From the NCBI GenBank assembly GCA_947453825.1, contig CANGHN010000002.1:48997-112996 (forward strand): a stretch of DNA of 64,000 bases, written 5' to 3'. Every line of letters begins with the position of its first letter. Positions within the stretch are counted from its first letter, which is position 1. The translations under genes and the position numbers were made by a program. Shown one piece after another: positions 1 through 9,964 of this stretch. This stretch comes from Betaproteobacteria bacterium (GTDB lineage: Bacteria; Pseudomonadota; Gammaproteobacteria; Burkholderiales; Burkholderiaceae). The notes below the pieces were generated by a model. That model ran no database searches. It saw only the letters and a program-made list of their open reading frames with translations, and had not been told where the DNA came from.

Positions 1-464
1 GCTACGACTTTGAGCCAGAGCTCAGTAGTTGGATAAAGCGCCAACCTAAAGACGTCTCGTTCCGTAGGGTGCCAGTAGCTTTCCGTGACGACTTTATGCC
101 CCATAGTCAGTTGTTTTATGCGCTTGAATCTATGGGCAAAGGCGATGCACTGAATGAAAAAGTCATGTACGCGATGCATAAAGAAAATAAGCGTTTATTA
201 ACTGAGCCAGAGATTGCAGACTGGGTTGCAACTCAAGGAATTGATCGCAATACCTTCTTAGCCACTTACCGTTCTTTTGCTGTAGTTTCTAAGGCTCGTG
301 CAGCAAGGCAACTCGCAGAGGCCTATCGTATTGATGGTGTTCCTACCATTGTGATGCAAGGCAAGTATGTTACTTCTCCTTCAATTGCTGGTACAAAAGC
401 TAAAGCCATTGGGGTGATGGATTATCTAGAAGAAAAAATTCGTAAAGATAAATACAAACAGTAG
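1..464 (+). CDS. dsbA: Thiol:disulfide interchange protein DsbA (5'-truncated by window edge)
   Basis: Frame open from base 3: (C)YDFEPELSSWIKRQPKDVSFRRVPVAF follows the CxxC site; cis-Pro loop GVPTIVMQGKY. Confidence 0.9.
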   Translation, partial: YDFEPELSSWIKRQPKDVSFRRVPVAFRDDFMPHSQLFYALESMGKGDALNEKVMYAMHKENKRLLTEPEIADWVATQGIDRNTFLATYRSFAVVSKARAARQLAEAYRIDGVPTIVMQGKYVTSPSIAGTKAKAIGVMDYLEEKIRKDKYKQ

Positions 465-486
465 TTGATTGACTAATTGCTGACGC

Positions 487-1263
487 TTAAATTTTGACGA
501 AGCGGCGCACAATCCAAAAGTAGACCGGGTAGGGAAGGATTCTGAGAAATTTTAAGAATCCTGAGAATCGTTTGGGAAAGTGAATATCAAACTCACCTTT
601 CTGAATTCCGGCCAGAATTTCTGTAGCCGCCTCTTTAGCGCTAATGAGTGCAGGCATCTCAAAATCGTTTTGGGCTGTAGCTTCTGTAGCTACAAACCCC
701 GGTGAAATCATATGCACGCTCAACCCTTGGGGCAGCAAGTCGTAATACAGGGTTTCGCAGAAATTAATGATGGCGGCTTTACTTGGACCGTAAGCAAGCG
801 CTTTTGGAAGGCCGCTGTAGCCGGCGACGCTACCTACAATCGCAATGTGACCTGTATGGGCCTTGAGCATTTCGGGTAAGACCAAGGCAACTGCCCTCAT
901 GGGACCGAGCAAATTAGCATCAATAGTTTCCTGGACAACCTTGATATCGAAGTTATCAGCCCGAAGAGGCACATAAACACCGGATACAAAAAGAAGCAAA
1001 TCAATACCGCCCCAAGCTTGCAAAATTTGCTCGTAGCCAGCCTCCAGTTGAGCTGGATTGGTCACATCGATTGGAACCACAAGCGCTTGATTAAGGGCCG
1101 CTGAGGCTGCCAGTGTATTTAGGCGATCTACCCTGCGACTTGAAAGTGCCAACTTTGCGCCAGCACGAAGTAGCGCTTGAGTGCACGCCTCACCAATCCC
1201 ACTTGAAGCACCAATGACCCAGACTCGTTTTCCAGAAAAATTGTCGATGCCTTTTTGTTTCAT
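487..1263 (-). CDS. SDR family NAD(P)-dependent oxidoreductase
   Basis: GASSGIG nucleotide-binding motif, YGPSK catalytic YxxxK, SPGFV. Confidence 0.92.
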   Translation of the reverse strand: MKQKGIDNFSGKRVWVIGASSGIGEACTQALLRAGAKLALSSRRVDRLNTLAASAALNQALVVPIDVTNPAQLEAGYEQILQAWGGIDLLLFVSGVYVPLRADNFDIKVVQETIDANLLGPMRAVALVLPEMLKAHTGHIAIVGSVAGYSGLPKALAYGPSKAAIINFCETLYYDLLPQGLSVHMISPGFVATEATAQNDFEMPALISAKEAATEILAGIQKGEFDIHFPKRFSGFLKFLRILPYPVYFWIVRRFVKI

Positions 1264-2555
1264 GCGCTTAAGGCATGAGTTGATGCCTGTTGATTTTGGT
1301 GGCTAAGGGTAAATTGCACGACATCAATATTGCGCTCAGAAAATCCTGCAGCGCAATACATCAGATAGAAATTCCAGAGCCGGATAAAGGCCTCATCAAA
1401 TCCTAGTTGACGAACTTCATTTAGCTTTTGATTAAAGCTATCGCGCCAGAGGCATAGTGTTTTGGCATAGTCTGTACCAAAGGCAAATTCATCTTCTATT
1501 TTGAGTCCAGCTTGCGCAGCACTGATCTTGAAGCTAGTACGTGAGGGTAGCATGCCACCTGGGAATACATACTGCTGAATAAAGTCAGTGTTTTGGCGAT
1601 AGCGATCAAATAGATCTTCAGCAATCACAATCGTTTGAATACAAGCTTTGCCGCCCGCCTTTAAGCAATGAGAAATAGTTTGAAAGTATTCTGGCCAATG
1701 CTTTTCGCCAACAGCTTCAAACATTTCTACTGAGGCAATACCAGAAAATTGCTCTTGGCAGTCCCGATAGTCTTGAAGGCGAACCTCAAATGAAGTGGGC
1801 GTCACCATTTCTTCTTGGACTTTTTCTAGACGTTTTTCTGCGAACGCTTTTTGCTCGGTAGATAGCGTTAAGCCAGTAATAGAGACTTTGTTACGGAGCG
1901 ATTCCTCCATAACACCGCCCCAGCCACAACCAATCTCTAAAATATGATCGCCTGGCTTAGTATTGATAGATTGCAGAATACGTTCAATCTTGGCGCGCTG
2001 GGCACTGGCCAGAGATTGTTGATCTCCTGACGAAAACCATGCACTTGAATAGCTCATGCTTGGATCAAGCCACAAGGTATAGAAAGCATTTCCGAGATCG
2101 TAATGCGCATGAATATTTTTGCGACTTCCCGATTTCGTATTGTCACGCAGCCAGTGTTTGAGACGATAGAAAAGTGAGCCGTACCAACTTCCATAGATTG
2201 CTCTCTCAAGAATGGTGCGATTACGAATCGCCAACTCAAGAATCGCTTTCAGGTCTGGGGTATTCCAGTCGCCACGAATATAGCTCTCGGCAAACCCTAT
2301 ATCACCGTGTGACATGACTTGCTTAAATACGGACCAATTGTGAATCTGAATCTCTGCATGAAGATCATCGGCTGTATTACCAAATTCTCTGATCTCACCA
2401 TTAGGCAGAGTCATACTGAGATGACCACTGCTCAGTTGAGATAAGAGACGTAATAAGGCTTGTGTTTTTAGCTCGTATTGTTGTGAAGAAGCTGCGCGTT
2501 TTTGTGGGCGCGAGAAATTAAGGCGAGAGAGCAGGGATTGTCCGGGGCGGTTCAT
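1260..2555 (-). CDS. Cyclopropane-fatty-acyl-phospholipid synthase family SAM methyltransferase (Cfa/UfaM-like)
   Basis: [43 protein letters not shown] motifs. Confidence 0.92.
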   Translation of the reverse strand: MNRPGQSLLSRLNFSRPQKRAASSQQYELKTQALLRLLSQLSSGHLSMTLPNGEIREFGNTADDLHAEIQIHNWSVFKQVMSHGDIGFAESYIRGDWNTPDLKAILELAIRNRTILERAIYGSWYGSLFYRLKHWLRDNTKSGSRKNIHAHYDLGNAFYTLWLDPSMSYSSAWFSSGDQQSLASAQRAKIERILQSINTKPGDHILEIGCGWGGVMEESLRNKVSITGLTLSTEQKAFAEKRLEKVQEEMVTPTSFEVRLQDYRDCQEQFSGIASVEMFEAVGEKHWPEYFQTISHCLKAGGKACIQTIVIAEDLFDRYRQNTDFIQQYVFPGGMLPSRTSFKISAAQAGLKIEDEFAFGTDYAKTLCLWRDSFNQKLNEVRQLGFDEAFIRLWNFYLMYCAAGFSERNIDVVQFTLSHQNQQASTHALSA

Positions 2556-3337
2556 CTACTAACTTCTAGTTCAGGTGGTTTAGGTTTTGAGTAAAAGGGT
2601 ACACCTTTTAGCCATAATTTCAATGCTTGCCAATGAATGCGAAAAATTACCCCAATACTCATCAAAGGGTAGCGTAAGAATGCCAATAGTAGTGCAGACC
2701 GGCACAGCTGCCTACTAGTGCCGCTGATACTGGTATTAATGAGGGGCTGCCCATCTTCATGCAGCTCTATACGATATACCGAGTCTTTATTAGAGCTGCT
2801 GTCTTGGGGAAATAGAAATCGAAAGCGATATTCACCGCGCACATCACAAAATGGTGATACATGAAACACTTTTTTGCTGCTGATAGTTTCCCCAGAGCGT
2901 AGTGCGTCCCCAGAATCTTTATGTAATAAATAGCAATGACGTTCGCCAAAAGTATTGTTTACTTCGGCTAGCACTGCCTGAACTTGGCCATCGACCCTTG
3001 TACAAATCCAAAAACTGACTGGATTAAAAACATATCCCAGAACACGTGGGAAGGTCTGTAACCAGATTTCTCCATCTACATGGGGTACTTGATTGTCTTG
3101 CAGAATTTGTTCAACCCAGGCCAAGCTATCGGCATGGCTAAATCCGTAGTCCTTGTCAAAGAATGAAAATAAACCAAGACGGTTATCTCGTACTCCATGC
3201 TGATTCAGCAGTTCGGGATTGCGTTTTCTAGCGCGCATCGGAATTGATAGGGTGAAAACCCCATAGCTAAAGGCGTTCTGTGCCGGCCGAAGACGTCGAT
3301 GATTGACTACTCCAAAGTTAATCTTTGGTGAACTCAT
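2552..3337 (-). CDS. DUF1365 family protein (UfaO-like)
   Basis: [53 protein letters not shown]. Confidence 0.9.
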   Translation of the reverse strand: MSSPKINFGVVNHRRLRPAQNAFSYGVFTLSIPMRARKRNPELLNQHGVRDNRLGLFSFFDKDYGFSHADSLAWVEQILQDNQVPHVDGEIWLQTFPRVLGYVFNPVSFWICTRVDGQVQAVLAEVNNTFGERHCYLLHKDSGDALRSGETISSKKVFHVSPFCDVRGEYRFRFLFPQDSSSNKDSVYRIELHEDGQPLINTSISGTSRQLCRSALLLAFLRYPLMSIGVIFRIHWQALKLWLKGVPFYSKPKPPELEVSR

Positions 3338-4723
3338 TTATTGTGCGTCTTGTCGCGATTGATGCAGTGGTGAGTGAGTGCTTTCAATGATTGCTTCTGC
3401 AACCAATTCACCTGAGCGTAAACCATCTTCATGAAATCCAAATCCTGTCCAAGCCCCGCAATACCAAATAGATGATGTGCCCTGAATGAGGGGTAGCTCT
3501 TTTTGTGCCTGAATGGCACCCATATCAAAAACAGGGTGAGCATAGTGAATTTCTTGATGGACTAATGCTGAATCTGGTTCGCTGGCGGGATTTAGACTCA
3601 CAATGATTGGGAGCTCTCGCAATTCTGGAGGGAGAGGCTGCAGACGGTTAATGAGATAGTTGACACTGACATGCTGCTGAGAAGTAGCTTGTGCACCTGA
3701 TTTAGCGGTGTAGTTCCAGGCTGCCCAACAGCCTTTAGTGTCGGGTAGGAAGCGAATATCAGTATGCAAAATCGCGCGATTTTTTTGGTATGGAATTGCG
3801 GCGAGAATATTTCTGGCTTCTTGGTTGATGCCATGAACTAATTCAAGGGTTTGATCGCTGTGACAAGCCATGACGACCTCGTCAAAATAGGTCACTCCTG
3901 ACGGACTGTGTATTTCTACTGACCCAGTGCCATCTTGGCTGGTGTTAACTCTGCTAACAGCTTCACGCCGGATCGTGACACCATGTTTTTCTAAGGAAGC
4001 TACGATCCGCTTCACATATTCACGTGAGCCGCCTTGAATGGTCAGCCATTGAGGGCGATTTTGAATCTGCAAGAGGCCGTGGTTATGGCAAAAGCGCACC
4101 ATCGTTTGGATTGGAAACTCGAGCATTTGCTCGACTGAGCAAGACCAGATGGCGCCAATCATTGGAAGAAAATAGTTCTCTTTAAAGCTTTGGCTAAAGC
4201 GATTACGCTTTAAAAAGTTAGCAATCGTTTCATCGGGTTCTTTGTAAAGATGGCCGGCATCAATTTGCTGTTGGGCAAGATTGGTGGCTAAGCGATTAAA
4301 GCGCAAGATATCGTAGGCCATTCTCCAGAAAGAAGGCGACAATAAATTTGAGCGTTGCCCAAAGAAGGAGTTGAGATCATTACCAGCCCACTCTAATTTT
4401 TTGCGAGAGTAATTTGCATCGGTGGGATTGATGGATACAGAAAATGACATCTCAGAGGGTGCAACGGGGGCTTGTATTTCTTCAAAGAGCCGAACAAGGC
4501 GCGGATAGGTTTTTCGATTAAAGACCAAAAAGCCAGTATCAACCCCGTGCGTGATGGTTTTGTCGCCCAGTTTGTACTTGAAATCAACCGTGTTGCTATG
4601 ACCACCGATGTGATCACCGGCCTCATATAGCGTAATTTCAATTTCTGGATGTTGCCTTAATGCGTAAGCGCAGCCAAGCCCAGAAATGCCTGCACCAACA
4701 ATCGCTACCTTCTTTTTACTCAC
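3338..4723 (-). CDS. FAD-dependent oxidoreductase (amine-oxidase-like, UfaD-like)
   Basis: VAIVGAGISGL, GGHSNT, VDTGFLVFN, FCHNHGLL, CGAWTGFGFHEDG. Confidence 0.9.
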   Translation of the reverse strand: MSKKKVAIVGAGISGLGCAYALRQHPEIEITLYEAGDHIGGHSNTVDFKYKLGDKTITHGVDTGFLVFNRKTYPRLVRLFEEIQAPVAPSEMSFSVSINPTDANYSRKKLEWAGNDLNSFFGQRSNLLSPSFWRMAYDILRFNRLATNLAQQQIDAGHLYKEPDETIANFLKRNRFSQSFKENYFLPMIGAIWSCSVEQMLEFPIQTMVRFCHNHGLLQIQNRPQWLTIQGGSREYVKRIVASLEKHGVTIRREAVSRVNTSQDGTGSVEIHSPSGVTYFDEVVMACHSDQTLELVHGINQEARNILAAIPYQKNRAILHTDIRFLPDTKGCWAAWNYTAKSGAQATSQQHVSVNYLINRLQPLPPELRELPIIVSLNPASEPDSALVHQEIHYAHPVFDMGAIQAQKELPLIQGTSSIWYCGAWTGFGFHEDGLRSGELVAEAIIESTHSPLHQSRQDAQ

Positions 4724-5289
4724 TGCGCCTTCTCTCCTAAAAGCTTTTCAATTGGTCCAGTAATACTACTGCTAGTGGGCTTGGTGAGACTTCCGAATGA
4801 GTCGATCACATTACCATTGCGATCAATCAGATATTTGTAGAAATTCCACTTGGGCGTAGTTCCCGTTTTAGCAATGAGCATCTTAAAGAGGGGGTTGGGA
4901 TTATTTCCCGATACAACACTCTTGGCAAACATTGGAAATTTAACGTCATAAGTGTTTTTACAAAAATCTGCAATTTCTTTATTGCTACCAGGCTCTTGTT
5001 GTCCAAAATCATTTGATGGAAAGCCTAGCACTACAAAGCCTTGATCTTTATATTTGGCGTAGATCTTTTCAAGATCCTCATATTGGCTTGTAAAGCCACA
5101 GAAGCTAGCAGTATTGACAACCAGAATGACTTTTCCTTGGTATTGGCAAAGATTCTGAGGCGCTTCATCTTGGAGGCGCAAGAAGGTGTGAGAGAGTAAA
5201 GGGCTGCAACTGGGCGCCGCTATTACGGCCTGATTTCCTAGCATTAGGGTAAACAGAGAAAAAAGCCAGGTCAGTAGGAAGCGGGGCAT
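4720..5289 (-). CDS. Glutathione peroxidase family protein with signal peptide
   Basis: VVNTASFCGFT, LGFPSNDFGQQEPG, PKWNFYKYLI; hydrophobic N-terminus. Confidence 0.92.
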   Translation of the reverse strand: MPRFLLTWLFSLFTLMLGNQAVIAAPSCSPLLSHTFLRLQDEAPQNLCQYQGKVILVVNTASFCGFTSQYEDLEKIYAKYKDQGFVVLGFPSNDFGQQEPGSNKEIADFCKNTYDVKFPMFAKSVVSGNNPNPLFKMLIAKTGTTPKWNFYKYLIDRNGNVIDSFGSLTKPTSSSITGPIEKLLGEKAQ

Positions 5290-5371
5290 ATTGCGCCTTC
5301 TTTTATTGGGATAAACAGTATCGCAGTCTAAGACATTTTCCCTAATATCGCTGGCCAGTAGTCAATACCTT

Positions 5372-5377
5372 TAATAT
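5372..5377 (+). promoter_or_regulatory. -10 element TAATAT, 6 nt before ATG (leaderless geometry)
   Basis: TAATAT-tgcgtt-ATG(5384); no SD. Confidence 0.55.
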
Positions 5378-5383
5378 TGCGTT

Positions 5384-5872
5384 ATGAGTTCTTTACCACC
5401 CCCTTCTTTTGAGTCTAAGGTTTGCCCTCCAGAGCAGTTGGCTGAACGTATTGCAAAACTTCCAAGACCGCTCGTTTTTACGAATGGGGTTTTTGATATT
5501 TTGCATCGTGGCCATGCAAGCTATTTAGCTCAGGCACGCGCTTTAGGTGCAAGCTTAGTGGTGGGCGTCAATTCTGATGCCTCTGTCAAGATGTTAGGCA
5601 AAGGCGATGATCGACCGATTAATTCAGAAGCGGATCGTCAAGCTTTACTAGCAGCATTGGCGAGTGTAGATATGGCCGTGATATTTACCGAGCAAACTCC
5701 AGTGAATTTAATTGAGAAAATTCGTCCTGATATCTATGTCAAGGGTGGCGATTATGAAATCGATACTTTGGCAGAAACGAAATTAGTAAAGACTTGGGGT
5801 GGTAAGGCTATTGCCATTCCCTTTCTATACGAGCGCTCTACTACTACCTTATTAGGGAAAATTCGTTCTTAA
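5384..5872 (+). CDS. rfaE2: D-glycero-beta-D-manno-heptose 1-phosphate adenylyltransferase
   Basis: VFTNGVFDILHRGH, GVNSDASV, RPDIYVKGGDY. Confidence 0.9.
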   Translation: MSSLPPPSFESKVCPPEQLAERIAKLPRPLVFTNGVFDILHRGHASYLAQARALGASLVVGVNSDASVKMLGKGDDRPINSEADRQALLAALASVDMAVIFTEQTPVNLIEKIRPDIYVKGGDYEIDTLAETKLVKTWGGKAIAIPFLYERSTTTLLGKIRS

Positions 5873-6681
5873 GTATTTTGTAGTAGCCAGGCCCAAGTGC
5901 CACGTAGAACGAGCCCTTCACTGATTTCAATGTTAGGTTGATCCTTGAGGGGGAATTTCATCAGTTCACTATGCAGGATCTTGGCGTTGCCACCATCAAT
6001 CCATACACGCTCAACAGCCTGATTCATTTCTTTGGCTAGTCGAAGAGCATATTGAATAGCACCAATCTGTGCTGCATCACAACCACCAATAATGGCGTCA
6101 TTTGTAGAGGTAGCAAAGCCCGAGTGATGTTCATTACGCTGAGCCAAAGGCAATTGAGCGGTATTTACTTCTAAGCTTTTTTGCATCAAGCTAAGGCCAG
6201 GCAAAATCCATCCACCGTAATGTACGCCATTAGCGCCAAGTAAATCAATCGTGCTTGCTGTTCCCGCGTTGATGATGAGAGTATTGACACTCGATAAAGC
6301 ACGACCCCCAATGACCGCTGCCCAACGATCGGCGCCTAGTTTGCGAGGATCTTGATACAAGCTGCGCAAACCCTCATAGGGACTATTGCCATGTAGCTGT
6401 TTCCAGGAGAGCTCACTCCATTGAGGAAATAGGGATTGCAAATTAGCGATGGCATCGTTGCCAGCAACACAAGTAAATCCAATGGCATCCGGTTTCGGTA
6501 AAGTTTTTGCAATGTAATCCGCTAACTCGGCTCTATGTTCGACAGATTGCAAAGATTTACTCGAAAACGATCCAGAGTAAGCCCACAATTTTTTCTGTTG
6601 AGCAGATGGGTGTTGCGTTGATTCAACGGCAGCCCATTTGAGGCGCGTGTTGCCAACGTCAAATAATAAATAAAGACTCAT
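5869..6681 (-). CDS. coaX: Type III pantothenate kinase
   Basis: DVGNTRLKW, LGADRW, NAGTASTID, GGWILPGL. Confidence 0.9.
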   Translation of the reverse strand: MSLYLLFDVGNTRLKWAAVESTQHPSAQQKKLWAYSGSFSSKSLQSVEHRAELADYIAKTLPKPDAIGFTCVAGNDAIANLQSLFPQWSELSWKQLHGNSPYEGLRSLYQDPRKLGADRWAAVIGGRALSSVNTLIINAGTASTIDLLGANGVHYGGWILPGLSLMQKSLEVNTAQLPLAQRNEHHSGFATSTNDAIIGGCDAAQIGAIQYALRLAKEMNQAVERVWIDGGNAKILHSELMKFPLKDQPNIEISEGLVLRGTWAWLLQNT

Positions 6682-7478
6682 GATTGCACTCGCAAAGAAA
6701 CATCACCTGCATGAATAGCTATAGTTTTAGCATCTTGTCGTAATAGTAATGCGCCAGTTTGATCAATTCCTTTTGCGACCCCATAAATAGCTTCTTTACC
6801 TGCACCAGAAATGCAAACCGTTTGACCTTGGTAGGCATCCCATCGTTCCCAGCGGTGTTGAAAAGGATCGAATCCAAGACGATCAAATGCATTCAGATCT
6901 TGTTCAAATGCAGAAATCAGTTTGAGCCAAAGATATTCAATGTCGGGTAGAGCTTTTCCTTTGGGCAAGATCTGATCTAAAGCACCAGCTTTGAGGGGTA
7001 ATTGATTACCAAGCTCAGTCTCAATCAATTTTGAATAATGTAGATTGATGCCCACACCAATAATCATCCAACTACGATCATGCGTTGTTGCCTGGCCGCC
7101 CTCAATTAAGATGCCACCAACTTTAGTGTTATTGACAAGCAAATCATTTGGCCATTTGAGGCGCAGGCCTGCTTGGTGAAGTGCGTCTTCTGATAAATCG
7201 CAAGCTTGTGCAATTCCTGAAATGGCCGCCATGCCAACCACTAGGCTTAGTCCAGCGAGCTGGGCAGGGCTTCTCTGAAATGGAAAGGCCATGGAGAAGC
7301 ACATCGAGTCTTCTGGGCTTGCGAACCAGGTTCGGCCAGCCCTACCCTTACCAGCAGTCTGTCGATGGGCAATTCGGGCTACTGGGTCGATCAGCTGACC
7401 AGCACGCCAACGCTCCAATAGATCATCATTGGTGGATCTAGTTTCAGCAACGCGCTCTAGGATGCAATTCATAGTCAT
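6678..7478 (-). CDS. birA: Biotin-[acetyl-CoA carboxylase] ligase, no N-terminal HTH
   Basis: STNDDL, QTAGKGRAGRTW, LKWPNDLL, KVGGILIE, GVGINL. Confidence 0.92.
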   Translation of the reverse strand: MTMNCILERVAETRSTNDDLLERWRAGQLIDPVARIAHRQTAGKGRAGRTWFASPEDSMCFSMAFPFQRSPAQLAGLSLVVGMAAISGIAQACDLSEDALHQAGLRLKWPNDLLVNNTKVGGILIEGGQATTHDRSWMIIGVGINLHYSKLIETELGNQLPLKAGALDQILPKGKALPDIEYLWLKLISAFEQDLNAFDRLGFDPFQHRWERWDAYQGQTVCISGAGKEAIYGVAKGIDQTGALLLRQDAKTIAIHAGDVSLRVQS

Positions 7479-7484
7479 TTCGCC

Positions 7485-7490
7485 ATTGTA
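7485..7490 (-). promoter_or_regulatory. -10 element TACAAT, 6 nt before birA ATG
   Basis: Minus strand TACAAT-ggcgaa-ATG(7478). Confidence 0.65.
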
Positions 7491-7503
7491 GAAAGGTCTG
7501 ACC

Positions 7504-7509
7504 TAGAAT
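7504..7509 (+). promoter_or_regulatory. -10 element TAGAAT, 6 nt before VanZ-family ATG
   Basis: TAGAAT-tgtggg-ATG(7516). Confidence 0.65.
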
Positions 7510-7515
7510 TGTGGG

Positions 7516-8610
7516 ATGGATCAAAAAGACCAGCGTCCTTATAAGCTTGTTTGGCCTCTTCAGGCCATGCCGCTGGCTCGGGCCATGAGCTTTAGCTATG
7601 CGCTGCTGATTATCTATGTGAGCCTAAATCCTTTTGACTTTGACTTTCAGAATGGAATTGCCGCTTGGGATTGGTTAGATGCCCCATTACCGCGCTTTAT
7701 GACTCTTTTTGATCTGAGCGTTAATGTTTTAGCTTACATCCCATTTGGCTTTTTGCTGGTTTTCTCAGCATATCCTCGATGGCAGAACTTAATTGCCTTG
7801 CTGATTGCGATTGCCTTAAGTGCTTTTCTTGCACTGAGTGTTGAGACACTACAGTCATGGCTACCTACCCGCATTCCGAGTTTGATGGATTGGTGGGCCA
7901 ATGTCTTTGGCGGGTTCTTAGGTGGCTTGCTAGCGATACCGCTGGGTCCTCAATGGTTATCAGGCAGCGCAATTCGCCGTCGTTTTGATCAATGGTTCGG
8001 GTCAAATTGGGCAGCATGTGCACTTTTTATATTATTTCCATGGTCCCAAATCTATCCACAAAGTTCATGGTTAGGGACGGGTGTTTGGGGGCATGTCATC
8101 TTTGGTTCAATTGATTGGGGAACGCTGGTGATTAACCACGTTGTACAAGAAACTCTGATTACTGCACTTTGCTGGCTTGGCGTAGCTTTATTACTCTCCT
8201 TAGGAATGCGCTCTAAAGCGCCTCAATGGAAGATCTTGAATGGTTTGCTGTTATTTACAGTAGCAGTCAAAACAGTCTTCACAGCTCTGCAATTTGGTGG
8301 CGAGTTTAGTTTTTTATGGTTTACTGCGGGGGCGCTTTGGGGAATGGTTTTGGCTAGCATTTTACTAAGATGGACTTTGCGCTTGAGTGGTAAAACAAAG
8401 TTTGCATTAGCTTTGTTGTGCCTCATCAGTGCCACCATTGCGATTAACATATTGCCTGATAATCCCTATTTCATATTGACGCTTAGACATTGGCAGCAAG
8501 GACGCTTATTGCACTTCAATGATTTAATGGAGTGGGTATCTTTGGTGTGGTTGCCGTTGGCTTTAATCTGGATGCTTCACAGCAATCTCAACCTCAAAAC
8601 AAAACCTTGA
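7516..8610 (+). CDS. VanZ-family integral membrane protein
   Basis: NVLAYIPFGF, ETLQSWLPTRIPSLMDWWANVFGG; many hydrophobic segments. Confidence 0.8.
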   Translation: MDQKDQRPYKLVWPLQAMPLARAMSFSYALLIIYVSLNPFDFDFQNGIAAWDWLDAPLPRFMTLFDLSVNVLAYIPFGFLLVFSAYPRWQNLIALLIAIALSAFLALSVETLQSWLPTRIPSLMDWWANVFGGFLGGLLAIPLGPQWLSGSAIRRRFDQWFGSNWAACALFILFPWSQIYPQSSWLGTGVWGHVIFGSIDWGTLVINHVVQETLITALCWLGVALLLSLGMRSKAPQWKILNGLLLFTVAVKTVFTALQFGGEFSFLWFTAGALWGMVLASILLRWTLRLSGKTKFALALLCLISATIAINILPDNPYFILTLRHWQQGRLLHFNDLMEWVSLVWLPLALIWMLHSNLNLKTKP

Positions 8611-8626
8611 TAAAGATAATTTTTCT

Positions 8627-8935
8627 ATGAGCTTTTCACACCATGTATTTTTTTGTTTAAATCAGCGTAGCAATGGCGAAGATTGTTGTGATCGCCATAA
8701 TGCTTTCGCTTTATTTGAATACGCAAAAAATAGGGTGAAGGAGCTTGGTCTTAATGGCTCTGGCAAAATTCGAGTTAATAAAGCTGGATGCCTAGATCGG
8801 TGTGCTGATGGCCCAGTGATGGTAGTTTATCCAGAGGGCATTTGGTACACCATGGTTGATCAGGATGATGTCGAAGAAATTATTCAGTCTCATCTGATTG
8901 AGGGACGTCTGGTTGAACGCCTGCAGTTAGCTTAG
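8627..8935 (+). CDS. Thioredoxin-like (2Fe-2S) ferredoxin
   Basis: FFCLNQR..CC, RVNKAGCLDRCADGPVMVVYPEGIWY; GATAAT-N6-ATG upstream. Confidence 0.88.
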   Translation: MSFSHHVFFCLNQRSNGEDCCDRHNAFALFEYAKNRVKELGLNGSGKIRVNKAGCLDRCADGPVMVVYPEGIWYTMVDQDDVEEIIQSHLIEGRLVERLQLA

Positions 8936-8960
8936 CTGTTTTTGTTGAAAGTGCTTGCAC

Positions 8961-9677
8961 ATGAATAGCCGTACAAAAGTAATACATATTGAGGGTATCG
9001 TTGGATTAATTGAAATGTCGATTGATCTTCCTGATGAACTGAAAAATGATCCTGAGTTTGCTGTGAGGGGCATAGCGCTAGTAGCGCACCCGCATCCTTT
9101 GATGGGTGGCACGATGGATAACAAGGTTGCGCAAACTATGGCGCGGGCCTTTAATCAACTAGGGTATGTCAGTGTGCGCCCTAATTTTCGTGGTGTTGGC
9201 GGTACTGCTGGCGTGCATGATGAAGGCGTAGGCGAGTTAGATGATTTGTTGCACGTGACAGATTGGATGAGGACACCATCGAGCTGGGCTGAGTGTGAGG
9301 TCACGGCAAATCAAGCTTGGGTTACTACCGCTAATGTCTTGCCATTAGTAGTGTCGGGCTTTTCATTTGGTAGCTTCGTTGGTAGTCACTTAGTCCAAAG
9401 ACTTTCGGAACTGGGTCGTCCCGCTGAACGATTTGTGATGGTTGGTAGCGCGGCTGGTAAGTGGGATCTTGCGCCTGTTCCTGCTGATACCATCATCATT
9501 CATGGTGAAGTAGATGAAACTATTCCACTCATTGCTGTTTTGGATTGGGCCCGACCACAAGAATTAACTGTTCAAGTAGTGCCAGGCGCCGATCATTTTT
9601 TCCATCGTCGCTTACATTGCATCCGCAACATCATTACTAGTGCATGGCTAGGTATGCCAGATTATCGTAAACAATAA
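8961..9677 (+). CDS. Alpha/beta hydrolase
   Basis: HPHPLMGGTMDNKV, NFRGVG, GFSFG nucleophile elbow, GADHFF. Confidence 0.88.
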   Translation: MNSRTKVIHIEGIVGLIEMSIDLPDELKNDPEFAVRGIALVAHPHPLMGGTMDNKVAQTMARAFNQLGYVSVRPNFRGVGGTAGVHDEGVGELDDLLHVTDWMRTPSSWAECEVTANQAWVTTANVLPLVVSGFSFGSFVGSHLVQRLSELGRPAERFVMVGSAAGKWDLAPVPADTIIIHGEVDETIPLIAVLDWARPQELTVQVVPGADHFFHRRLHCIRNIITSAWLGMPDYRKQ

Positions 9678-9689
9678 AAGGCGCACATC

Positions 9690-9956
9690 ATGGCTGAAGA
9701 AAAATCACTAATAGAGTACCCATCTCTTTTTCCGATTAAGGTAATGGGTAAGGCCACGCCAGAATATTTGCCAGCAATCATCCATATTGCAAAACAGTTT
9801 GATCCGAGTTTTGATGAGAGCAAAGTGGAGCAACGACCCTCTAAAGACGGAAATTATTTAGGGATCACCTTACCAATTACCGCTACTAGTCGTGAGCAGC
9901 TCGACGAGCTTTATAGAACTTTATCTACCCACCCTTTAGTGAGCATCGTTCTTTAA
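9690..9956 (+). CDS. ybeD: YbeD / DUF493 family protein
   Basis: [28 protein letters not shown]; upstream of lipB. Confidence 0.88.
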   Translation: MAEEKSLIEYPSLFPIKVMGKATPEYLPAIIHIAKQFDPSFDESKVEQRPSKDGNYLGITLPITATSREQLDELYRTLSTHPLVSIVL

Positions 9957-9964
9957 TCTATTTC

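Noticed and set aside
7516-8610. VanZ-family gene as a glycopeptide-resistance determinant
   Set aside because: Sits in a housekeeping context with no van cluster; the family name alone does not imply resistance
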